Source: Xylanibacter ruminicola 23 (GTDB taxonomy: Bacteria; Bacteroidota; Bacteroidia; Bacteroidales; Bacteroidaceae). Taken from it: a stretch of 32,000 nucleotides of DNA. Numbering within the stretch: the stretch's first letter is position 1; every line of letters starts with the position of its first letter. Location: assembly GCF_000025925.1 (NCBI RefSeq), contig NC_014033.1:2250001-2282000 (forward strand). The letters run 5' to 3'. The position numbers and the translations under genes are program-made. The notes under the pieces were generated by a model. That model made no database searches, had not been told where the DNA came from, and saw only the letters and a program-made list of their open reading frames with translations. This document shows positions 15,827 to 23,292 of the stretch, one piece after another.

Positions 15827-16591
15827 ATGGAAACAATGATTATTAAAACAGTAAACGAGAACCAACACATGATGACTTCGCTGGAAATAGCTGAAGTAAC
15901 CGGTAAGCAGCACTGTCACGTAATGGAGGCCATCCGAAAAATGGAACCCGCGTGGCAGAAAGTTAATCAATCAAATTTTCGATTGATTGAATATACCGAC
16001 AGTCGAGGTCGACTGATGCCCTGCTACCAGCTAACCAAGACCGAGACGCTCTACATCGCCACCAAGTTTAACGACGAGGCCCGCGCCCGACTCGTTCTGC
16101 GTTGGGAAGAACTGGAACGCGAGCGGATTATTTTTGGCACGGATGACACGGCCTTTTTAAAAAAGGACACGGCTTATATCGATGAAGAAAGCAGCGTCTC
16201 TCTAAAAGAGAGCCGTGTTAATCCGTGCCTAAGAAAACTTCCATCGTTGGGCGTTCAGAAACAGATACTGGCGATGGCGGATGAGATTGTGGGTACGGGA
16301 CTGCGCATGCTGAACGAGCCTGCCGAGGATACACTCACCGCCACGCAGGTGGCCAAGACGTTTAACATGAACACCCGCGACTTTAATGCCGTGCTGGCCG
16401 ACATGAACATTCAGTACCGCGCCCACGGCCGATGGCACCTGGCCGAACACCTGCTGGGTAGGGGCTACACCGCCGAACGTACACACATCGACTACTCGCT
16501 GAAAGGCAAGCGCAAAATCAAAGTGTACATGACGTGGACCATGGCCGGACTGAAGTACCTTAACTCGCAATTGGGATACCCTAACCTTTAG
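15827..16591 (+). CDS. Rha-family N-terminal domain fused to a KilAC/ANT-like antirepressor C-terminal domain (254 aa)
   Basis: MTSLEIAEVTGKQHCHVMEAIRKM...YQLTKTETLYIATKFNDEARARLVLRWEELE is Rha-like. The C-terminal TATQVAKTFNMNTRDFNAVLADMNIQY...GLKYL is KilAC-like. The linker is encoded by repeat copy 3. Confidence 0.75.
   Translation: METMIIKTVNENQHMMTSLEIAEVTGKQHCHVMEAIRKMEPAWQKVNQSNFRLIEYTDSRGRLMPCYQLTKTETLYIATKFNDEARARLVLRWEELERERIIFGTDDTAFLKKDTAYIDEESSVSLKESRVNPCLRKLPSLGVQKQILAMADEIVGTGLRMLNEPAEDTLTATQVAKTFNMNTRDFNAVLADMNIQYRAHGRWHLAEHLLGRGYTAERTHIDYSLKGKRKIKVYMTWTMAGLKYLNSQLGYPNL
16136..16229. repeat. Palindromic 94-bp element, copy 3, in frame inside the antirepressor CDS (residues 104-134)
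   Basis: GGCACGGATGACACGGCC...TCTCTAAAAGAGAGCCGTGTTAATCCGTGCC translates as GTDDTAFLKKDTAYIDEESSVSLKESRVNPC with no stop. Confidence 0.9.
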
Positions 16592-16592
16592 G

Positions 16593-16627
16593 ACATTAAA
16601 CATTAAAGATTAAACATTAAACATTAA
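16593..16627. repeat. Heptamer array (ACATTAA/AGATTAA x5)
   Basis: It starts 2 nt after the antirepressor stop. The 7-nt period places TAA in all three frames. Confidence 0.9.
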
Positions 16628-16628
16628 A

Positions 16629-16709
16629 GGCCTCGATTAAGCGAGAGCAGAGCCAAGCTTGCTTGAGCTTTGCCGAGTGTGAGAGGGCTCGATACGAAGT
16701 ATCAACATT
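16629..16709 (+). repeat. 81-bp repeat, copy A, ending 5 nt before the lysozyme ATG
   Basis: GGCCTCGATTAAGCGAGAGCAGAGCCAAGCTTGCTTGAGCTTTGCCGAGTGTGAGAGGGCTCGATACGAAGTATCAACATT matches 19491-19571 at 80/81 positions. The single difference is 16678 T versus 19540 C. Confidence 0.95.
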
Positions 16710-16714
16710 TTACT

Positions 16715-17179
16715 ATGCAGATTACAGACACACTTTTACAGAAATTGATGGAGATGGAGGGATGCCGACTAAGCGCTTATCGCGACGAGGGCGGCGTGCC
16801 TACCATCGGCTACGGACACACACGCGGTGTGCGCATGGGCGACCGCATCAGCCCCCAGCAGGCTCGCGACTGGCTGCTACAGGATGCCACCGAGGTGATG
16901 CGACAGGTGCGACGCCTGCACGTGGCACGCACCGAGGCGCAACTAGAGGCACTCACATCGTTTGCCTTTAACGTGGGCATCGGACGGCTGAAGCAGTCAA
17001 CCCTGCTCAAAACCATCCGCCAAGGCGGCAGCAAGGCTGCCATCCAGCGCCAGTTTAAACGATGGGTGTATGCCGGCGGTAGCAAGTTGCCCGGTTTGGT
17101 AGCCCGTCGCCAATGGGAGGCCGAACACTTCTTCGCCCCCAGCTACCCAACGGATGACGAAATCATCGACCGGGTGTGA
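16715..17179 (+). CDS. GH24 phage-type lysozyme (endolysin-like, 154 aa)
   Basis: The T4/lambda-type lysozyme signature is LMEMEGCRLSAYRDEGGVPTIGYGHTRGV, followed by ALTSFAFNVG. I moved the start to ATG 16715 because the track ORF starts at a TTG inside the 81-bp repeat. Confidence 0.85.
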   Translation: MQITDTLLQKLMEMEGCRLSAYRDEGGVPTIGYGHTRGVRMGDRISPQQARDWLLQDATEVMRQVRRLHVARTEAQLEALTSFAFNVGIGRLKQSTLLKTIRQGGSKAAIQRQFKRWVYAGGSKLPGLVARRQWEAEHFFAPSYPTDDEIIDRV

Positions 17180-17207
17180 ACATTAAACATTAAAGATTAA
17201 ACATTAA
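17180..17207. repeat. Heptamer array (ACATTAA/AGATTAA x4)
   Basis: It lies immediately after the lysozyme TGA and runs up to the primase-helicase start. Confidence 0.9.
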
Positions 17208-17216
17208 AGATTGGCT

Positions 17217-19475
17217 ATGAGCACACACATTATTTATTTAAAGGACGGGGTGAAAATGATGCGCCCCGTAACCACCCGCGCAGAGTATATGGCCCTGCGC
17301 GGCAGTAACGAACAGCAGCAACTGATGGCCGCCATACGCAGCGGCAACGAGACGTTGAAGCACCGGCTGGTGCAGATGAACTACAGTTGTCTGCCCAATG
17401 CCGACGGCACACTGCGCGGCAGCACCCGTATGAGCAATACCGTGGGTATGGATATCGACCACCTATCGGCCGAAGAGATGCCCGCCGTTCGCGAGCGCAT
17501 CCTGGACAAGAAGGATGAGCTGGGACTAGGGATGCTTGAGGAGAGTGCCCGCGGCTGTGGCTACCACCTGGTGTTTACCCGACGGCCGCACATGTCGCAG
17601 GTAGAGAACCTGCAGTGGGCCGCCCAGCTGCTAGGCGTGGACTACGATGCCCAGGCCAAGGACATCACCCGCGTGTTCTTCACCACCGGCACCGAGCAGC
17701 TTATCTATCTGGATGATGCCATCTTTGAACTCCCGTCCTCGGAAAGTTGTGACAAGGGACAGGGCCCAGTCACATTCTGTGACAGGTACCAGTCCCCAGT
17801 CACAAAGACTGATTCCGTTGACAATTTTCAAGAAGGAAAAATCCTAAAGTCCTGTATTCCGTTGCAAAAAGATTACAACGGCATGGCTTTCTCGGATATT
17901 ATCGCAAAGTATTGGGAGCTGTTTAACGGTGGCAAGCTGCCGGTGGTGGGCGATAGGAACGCACTCACCTTCGAGTTGGCCGTTACCCTGCGCTCTATCT
18001 GCGGCTACAGTCTGGAGGGCCTGCAGGCCATCGTACCCAACTACTGGGCTGCACCCGATGGCACCTGCACCGATGCCGACCGCACCGAATATCTGCACAC
18101 ACTGGAAAACGCCCTGAAAGAGCCCCGCCGCGGCATGCCCCTGCGCCTGAAACAGGTATTGCAGGCACTCAAGGAGCAGCAAGGTGTAAAGGCCTGCGGG
18201 GGTACCGTAAGCACGCCTCCACCCATGCCCAAGCGGTTGCCGCCATTGATAAAACTGCTAACCCGCAACGTGCCGTGGTACTACAAGCCCGCTGTGGCCA
18301 GTGCCGTGTTTCCTGCCCTGGGCGCCCATCTGCATGGCGTACACTTCCGCTATTGGGACAACGTGGATCACGAGGCCACGTTTATGAACCTGCTGGTGGG
18401 CCGACAGAGCGTGGGTAAGGGCTCGATCAAAAAGCCCATCGAGTATATCATGGAGGACATACGCCAGCACGACCTGCTCAGTCGCCAGCGCGAGGCCGAG
18501 TGGAAGCAGAAGAACCCCACTGGCAAGCAGAAGAAGGACCCGCGCCCCGCCGACATCTGCATTCAGATGCTGATAGACAACCTGACCGACGCCGTGTTTA
18601 ACCAGCGCGTGGTGGATGCCAACAACAACGGAGAGCGCTACATCTACACCATTGTAGACGAGGTAGAGGCTCTGAAGAAGGTGACATCGAGCCATAAGGC
18701 CGACGAGGTGGGACTGCTGATACGAAAGGCTTTCGACAACTCGATGGCAGGTCAGGAGCGTGTGGGTGCCGACAGCGTATCGGGCATAGCACCGCTGCGC
18801 TGGAACTTCAACGCCAGCACCACCCCACCCAACGCGCGCAAGTTCTTTTATAAGATGGTGAACGATGGCACGGTGAGCCGACTGGATGTGGCCACCATCA
18901 TCCGTCCCATCGAAGACGACGACGAGGCACCCATCCTGGGCATCTACGACGACCGTTTTGCCGCCGAGCTCAAACCCTATATCGACCGTCTGGATGCTGC
19001 CAACGGACTGATAGAGTGCCCGCAAGCCCGCAAGCTGGCACTTGACCTGAAGCAGGAGAATGCCGACACCGCCCGCTTGTACGAGAGCGAGGCCTACCGT
19101 GTGCTGTCGTATCGTGCCAACGTGATAGCCTGGCTTAAGGGTATGGTGCTGTATGTGGCCCATGGCTACCGGTGGGACAAGCAGATAGCTGAGTTTGTGC
19201 GCTGGAGCGAGCAGTATAACCTATGGTGCAAGATGCTGTACTTTGGAACCCAGCTTGAGAAGGAGCTGAACGACGAGCAGGAACTGCAGCGCCACTCGGG
19301 TCCCCAGAACCTGCTGGAGCTGCTACCCGATGAGTTTACCCGCGAGCAGTATCTGCAGATGCGCCAGCAAGCCGGCCGCCCCGGTCCCGGCGACAGCACC
19401 CTGCGCACCTGGCAAACCCGCGGCCACATAGCTTTTGATGAAACGGCAGGCCGTTTCCTCAAGATTAAACATTAA
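17217..19475 (+). CDS. VirE_N (BT4734-like) domain plus DUF3987-like P-loop region: putative primase-helicase (752 aa)
   Basis: The N-terminal region (MNYSCLPNADGTLRGSTRMSNTVGMDIDH...GYHLVFTR...ITRVFFTTG) resembles the VirE N-domain family of Bacteroides. It has a P-loop-like VGRQSVGKGS and a Walker B-like YIYTIVDEVEAL. I prefer ATG 17217 over TTG 17211. The stop codon lies inside a heptamer array. Confidence 0.7.
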   Translation: MSTHIIYLKDGVKMMRPVTTRAEYMALRGSNEQQQLMAAIRSGNETLKHRLVQMNYSCLPNADGTLRGSTRMSNTVGMDIDHLSAEEMPAVRERILDKKDELGLGMLEESARGCGYHLVFTRRPHMSQVENLQWAAQLLGVDYDAQAKDITRVFFTTGTEQLIYLDDAIFELPSSESCDKGQGPVTFCDRYQSPVTKTDSVDNFQEGKILKSCIPLQKDYNGMAFSDIIAKYWELFNGGKLPVVGDRNALTFELAVTLRSICGYSLEGLQAIVPNYWAAPDGTCTDADRTEYLHTLENALKEPRRGMPLRLKQVLQALKEQQGVKACGGTVSTPPPMPKRLPPLIKLLTRNVPWYYKPAVASAVFPALGAHLHGVHFRYWDNVDHEATFMNLLVGRQSVGKGSIKKPIEYIMEDIRQHDLLSRQREAEWKQKNPTGKQKKDPRPADICIQMLIDNLTDAVFNQRVVDANNNGERYIYTIVDEVEALKKVTSSHKADEVGLLIRKAFDNSMAGQERVGADSVSGIAPLRWNFNASTTPPNARKFFYKMVNDGTVSRLDVATIIRPIEDDDEAPILGIYDDRFAAELKPYIDRLDAANGLIECPQARKLALDLKQENADTARLYESEAYRVLSYRANVIAWLKGMVLYVAHGYRWDKQIAEFVRWSEQYNLWCKMLYFGTQLEKELNDEQELQRHSGPQNLLELLPDEFTREQYLQMRQQAGRPGPGDSTLRTWQTRGHIAFDETAGRFLKIKH

Positions 19476-19489
19476 ACATTAAACATTAA
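19462..19489. repeat. Heptamer array (AGATTAA/ACATTAA x4) that contains the primase-helicase stop codon
   Basis: The sequence is AGATTAAACATTAAACATTAAACATTAA. The last codons, K-I-K-H-stop, are encoded by the array. Confidence 0.9.
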
Positions 19490-19490
19490 A

Positions 19491-19571
19491 GGCCTCGATT
19501 AAGCGAGAGCAGAGCCAAGCTTGCTTGAGCTTTGCCGAGCGTGAGAGGGCTCGATACGAAGTATCAACATT
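19491..19571 (+). repeat. 81-bp repeat, copy B, 17 nt before ATG 19589
   Basis: It is 80/81 identical to 16629-16709. Confidence 0.95.
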
Positions 19572-19587
19572 AAACATTAAAGATTAA
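19567..19587. repeat. Heptamer array (ACATTAA x2, AGATTAA x1)
   Basis: It lies directly upstream of ATG 19589. Confidence 0.85.
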
Positions 19588-19588
19588 A

Positions 19589-19957
19589 ATGGAACACATT
19601 GATAACACACAAGAAACGTTTGTGGCACTGTGGCGGCTGTTGCGCCGCACGCGCCGCTACTGCCATCTGCACTGCAAGCGCTTTTGCATCCGCAGGGTAC
19701 TGCAACTATGGTTTGGTGGCGAGGCCACCCCCGAGTTTATCTGGCAAGTATGCCACCTTTGCTGTCAGGCCGGTTGGGACCAGCTCCCACCGCCTGGCCT
19801 CTACCCGCGCCCGCATCGCGAACTGCTGCGTGCCATCGTGGCCGTGCGCACAGGCATCAGCTACTACCAGATTGACCTGCGCGCCCTCGACGCCGCCTAC
19901 ACCATCGCCTACCCCAAAAGCACACCACTGAACGTGAACAAAAAGAAGAAATCTTAA
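19589..19957 (+). CDS. Hypothetical Cys/Arg/Trp-rich protein (122 aa); a DUF4248-like role is possible from its position after the VirE-like gene, but sequence does not support it
   Basis: It is the longest of four overlapping ORFs in a GC-rich stretch. It is the only one preceded by the same 81-bp repeat plus heptamer leader seen before the lysozyme gene. I recognise no motif. Confidence 0.4.
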   Translation: MEHIDNTQETFVALWRLLRRTRRYCHLHCKRFCIRRVLQLWFGGEATPEFIWQVCHLCCQAGWDQLPPPGLYPRPHRELLRAIVAVRTGISYYQIDLRALDAAYTIAYPKSTPLNVNKKKKS

Positions 19958-20143
19958 CAAAGCGCATATTTTATGCATAACAATTTAACAGCAAAACCAA
20001 ACCTGCAGTTTACAAAGTGTAAGTTAACCACTAATTTCAACTTTCACATTGATTTTAATCAAGTAATACTTGCTAACAGTTAAAATATGTTATAAAATAC
20101 TCCCTTTTTAATAAAATTATTTGTTTGTTTAGATATTATACGT

Positions 20144-20151
20144 TATTTTTG
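20144..20151 (+). promoter_or_regulatory. -7 promoter box TAttTTTG of susC-like unit 2
   Basis: The context is cgttatttttgcaacccgaaa, ~125 nt upstream of ATG 20277. It is homologous to the unit 3 box context. Confidence 0.55.
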
Positions 20152-20276
20152 CAACCCGAAAGTGGCAAAAACGTGCAAAATTAATAGTTATTGCATAAAT
20201 AACCAGCTACTACCAGTATTTGAAAGAGAGAATTTAAAAGTTATAAACATTATTAATTAACAAAAAGAGAGAATTT

Positions 20277-23273
20277 ATGAAACAAAGACTAACGTTGTTT
20301 TTCGTCAGCTTGTTCCTGTTTGTAGGCACAGCGCTGGCACAGACAAAAGTTACTGGTACAGTACTCTCACAGGAAGACGGACAGCCCATCATCGGTGCTG
20401 CCGTTAAGGTGGTTGGTACAAGTACAGGTATGTTGACCGACGTGAACGGACGATTCACCGTAGCCATGCCCGAGGGTAAGGATCAGCTCGAAGTGAGCTA
20501 TCTGGGCTACCAGAGCAAGACCGTTAAGGCCAAGGCCAACATGCGCGTTTTCCTGAAGACCGACGCTCAGGTGGTTGACGAGGTGGTTGTGACCGGTTAC
20601 GGTTCGCAGCGCAAGGCTTCGTTCACAGGTGCTGCCTCGAAGGTTGACGGCGCAGTAGTAGAGAAGAAGAGCGATGCCAACTTTGTGAAGGCACTCGAGG
20701 GAACCATCACAGGTGTACAGATGAACAACTCATCGAGCATGCCTGGTACATGGGGTTCGGTTTATGTTCGTGGTCGCGCCTCGCTGAACTCAGGCACACA
20801 GCCACTCTACGTGATCGACGGTGTGCCTGTAAACTCAGACTACGACACCATGAGCAGCAGCTCTAACAACGCCACCGACCCAATGGCATCTATCAACCCA
20901 ACCGATATCGAGAGCGTAACCGTTCTGAAGGACGCTGCCGCTACCGCTATCTACGGTGCACGTGCCGGTAACGGTGTGATCGTGATCACCACCAAGAAGG
21001 GTGCCAAAGGCCGCCACAACGTAAATGTCGACATCAAGCAGGGCTTTACTGCCATGGCTAACAACAACATGAAGTTTGCCAATGCCGAGCAGACCATGAG
21101 CCTCTATGCCGACGGTTACGTGGCTCGTTACGGTGGTACCAAGGAAGCCCGTATTGCCGACCTGACCGATATGTACGAGTGGGACGGTAAGACCAGCACC
21201 GACTGGATGGACGAGATTTCGCGCAAGGGTTACTACCAGGATTATAACATCAACATCAGTGGCCAGACCGGCGAGACCAACTACTATGTCAGCGCAGGCT
21301 ACCTGGACACTAAGGGTATTATCATCGCTTCTGACTTTAAGCGCTACTCTGGCCGCATCAACGTCGACAGCAAGTTCAAGATGTTCAAGTTTGGTGCCAA
21401 CCTGTCGTACGCTCACTCTATCAAGAACGGCTTCTCACAGTCAACTAGTGGTTCGTTCACCAATGCCACTGTAGGCGCCATCAGCTCAATGCAGCCTTTC
21501 TACCCCGTTTACAACGAGGACGGAACTTACTCAAACGTTGACTCTTACAACCCATTTGCTGTATGGGACAAGGAGCTCGGCGATATCAACGAGGATAAGA
21601 CAACAACCCTGAGCGTAAGCCCATACCTGCAGGTTGACTTCGGCAAGGGTATCTACTTCAAGAGCACATTCGGTGCCAACATCTATGGCCTGCGCCAGTA
21701 TCAGTACTGGAGCGCTATCTACAACCCACAGGGTATGGACTATCCCGGTCTCGGTCAGCAGTACAACTCGCAGACCACCACACTTACATGGAACAACATC
21801 CTGGGTTGGAACTACACCTTCGGCCAGCAGCACAACCTCAGCCTGATGCTGGGTCAGGAGATGCAGCGCAAGGATTACTGGTATGAGTACTACAGCGGCG
21901 ACAACTTCCCATTCGCATCTGCCGGTATGAGAGACCTCTCGACCGTAGGTCACTGGAACGATTCTGAGTACTACAAGAAAGAGGCTCGTCTGGCATCATA
22001 CTTCGGCGATGCTCACTACTCTTTCGCCGACAAGTATTATCTGTCAGCTTCACTCCGTCACGACGGTTCTTCGGTATTCGGCTCTAACAAGCGCTGGGGT
22101 ACATTCTGGTCGGTAGGTGGCAAATGGCGCTTCACCGGCGAGAAATTCCTTGAGGGCAACAACACCCTTACCAACGGTACATTCCGCGTATCTTACGGTA
22201 CTGTAGGTAACCAGGATATCGGTTTCTACGCTGCACGTGGTTTCTATGTATCAGGTAGCAACTACCACGGTGCATCAGGTATGACTCCAGAGTCGATCTC
22301 TAACTCTGAGCTCACATGGGAGGTTTCTAAGAAGTTCGACATTGGTGTTGACCTTCAGTTCTTCAACCGTTTGAACGTTACATTGGACTACTATAACGAG
22401 AAGACTAGCGACGCCCTGTTCAAGGTTCCCCTGTCAAGAACTACCGGTATGACCGAGACTTATCAGAACATCGGTTCTATCCGCAACAGCGGTATCGAGC
22501 TGTCGATCAACGGTACCATCCTTCGCAACAAGGATCTTAACTGGACCGCTTATGCCAACCTGACTTGGAACAAGAACAAGGTTATTGCCCTTTCAACCGA
22601 CAAGCCTATCGAGGGTTCATACACCATCATCGAGGCTGGTCGCCCCTACCGTCAGTTCTACATGAAGGAGTATGCAGGTGTTAACCCCGAGAACGGTAAG
22701 GCACAGTGGTACAAGAATGCCGAGGGCGACGAGCTGACCGAGAACTACACCGAGGCAGCCAAGCGCTACGTAGGTTCGGCCGATCCTAAGGTGTTCGGTG
22801 GTTTCGGTACAACAGTAACATGGAAGGACTTCGACGCCAGCATGACCTTCAACTACCGTCTGGGTGGCAAGGTATTCGATTCAGGTGCCCGCTTCACCGG
22901 TTTCGGTATGTCGTTCCGCACACCACTCGAGGACGTTGCCCTGAACTCTTGGACCGAGGACAACAAGAATGCCAAGTACCCACAGTACATCTACGGCGAT
23001 CCATATAGCAGCACTCAGAACTCAACACGTTTCCTCTACAGCGGCAACTTCCTGCGCCTGAGCAACGTATCAGTTGGTTACACACTGCCAAAGAGCATCA
23101 CAACAAAGGCTCTGATCGAGAAGGCTCGCATCTATATCTCTTGCGACAACCTCCACACTTGGGCTGCAAGCGACTTCGTAGGTTACAACCCTGAGACATT
23201 TGAGAGCGGTGTTATTGCATGGCAGTATCCTGCAGTTTCTACTTATGTAGCTGGTGTTCAAATTACTTTCTAA
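20277..23273 (+). CDS. SusC/RagA-family TonB-dependent transporter (unit 2, 998 aa)
   Basis: It shares the N-terminal architecture of unit 1 (LFLFVGTALAQTKVTGTVLSQEDGQPIIGAAVKVVGTSTG), has the TonB box DEVVVTGYG, and ends ...AGVQITF. Confidence 0.95.
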   Translation: MKQRLTLFFVSLFLFVGTALAQTKVTGTVLSQEDGQPIIGAAVKVVGTSTGMLTDVNGRFTVAMPEGKDQLEVSYLGYQSKTVKAKANMRVFLKTDAQVVDEVVVTGYGSQRKASFTGAASKVDGAVVEKKSDANFVKALEGTITGVQMNNSSSMPGTWGSVYVRGRASLNSGTQPLYVIDGVPVNSDYDTMSSSSNNATDPMASINPTDIESVTVLKDAAATAIYGARAGNGVIVITTKKGAKGRHNVNVDIKQGFTAMANNNMKFANAEQTMSLYADGYVARYGGTKEARIADLTDMYEWDGKTSTDWMDEISRKGYYQDYNINISGQTGETNYYVSAGYLDTKGIIIASDFKRYSGRINVDSKFKMFKFGANLSYAHSIKNGFSQSTSGSFTNATVGAISSMQPFYPVYNEDGTYSNVDSYNPFAVWDKELGDINEDKTTTLSVSPYLQVDFGKGIYFKSTFGANIYGLRQYQYWSAIYNPQGMDYPGLGQQYNSQTTTLTWNNILGWNYTFGQQHNLSLMLGQEMQRKDYWYEYYSGDNFPFASAGMRDLSTVGHWNDSEYYKKEARLASYFGDAHYSFADKYYLSASLRHDGSSVFGSNKRWGTFWSVGGKWRFTGEKFLEGNNTLTNGTFRVSYGTVGNQDIGFYAARGFYVSGSNYHGASGMTPESISNSELTWEVSKKFDIGVDLQFFNRLNVTLDYYNEKTSDALFKVPLSRTTGMTETYQNIGSIRNSGIELSINGTILRNKDLNWTAYANLTWNKNKVIALSTDKPIEGSYTIIEAGRPYRQFYMKEYAGVNPENGKAQWYKNAEGDELTENYTEAAKRYVGSADPKVFGGFGTTVTWKDFDASMTFNYRLGGKVFDSGARFTGFGMSFRTPLEDVALNSWTEDNKNAKYPQYIYGDPYSSTQNSTRFLYSGNFLRLSNVSVGYTLPKSITTKALIEKARIYISCDNLHTWAASDFVGYNPETFESGVIAWQYPAVSTYVAGVQITF

Positions 23274-23292
23274 TTAATAAGAAGATAACAAT

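Larger units (their letters stand above)
11061..19957. other. Mosaic accessory island (phage- or satellite-derived gene set, no integrase) between susC/D unit 1 and unit 2
   Basis: The gene content is ATPase, HU-like protein, MNT/HEPN, S24 peptidase, Rha-KilAC, lysozyme and primase-helicase. It interrupts an otherwise uniform run of susC/D units. The borders are approximate and I found no att-like direct repeats. Confidence 0.45.

Noticed and set aside
18258-19163. 301-aa minus-strand ORF, and other antisense ORFs across 17.2-19.5 kb
   Set aside because: It is a shadow ORF of the GC-rich primase-helicase gene and has no motifs.
16593-19587. Heptamer and other tandem repeats as a possible CRISPR array
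   Set aside because: The units are 7-8 nt with no spacers and no cas genes are present. They are simple-sequence intergenic arrays, not CRISPR.
11061-19957. Calling the island an integrative element, prophage or ICE
   Set aside because: It has no integrase, excisionase, tRNA target, att-type direct repeats, structural phage genes or conjugation genes. I describe it only as an accessory island of uncertain mobility.
19599-19978. Alternative ORFs (110 aa and 81 aa on plus, 90 aa on minus) overlapping ORF 19589-19957
   Set aside because: They are Ala/Pro/Arg/Thr-rich frames typical of off-frame translation in GC-rich DNA. Only the 19589 frame starts right after the shared leader cassette. Even that call has low confidence.
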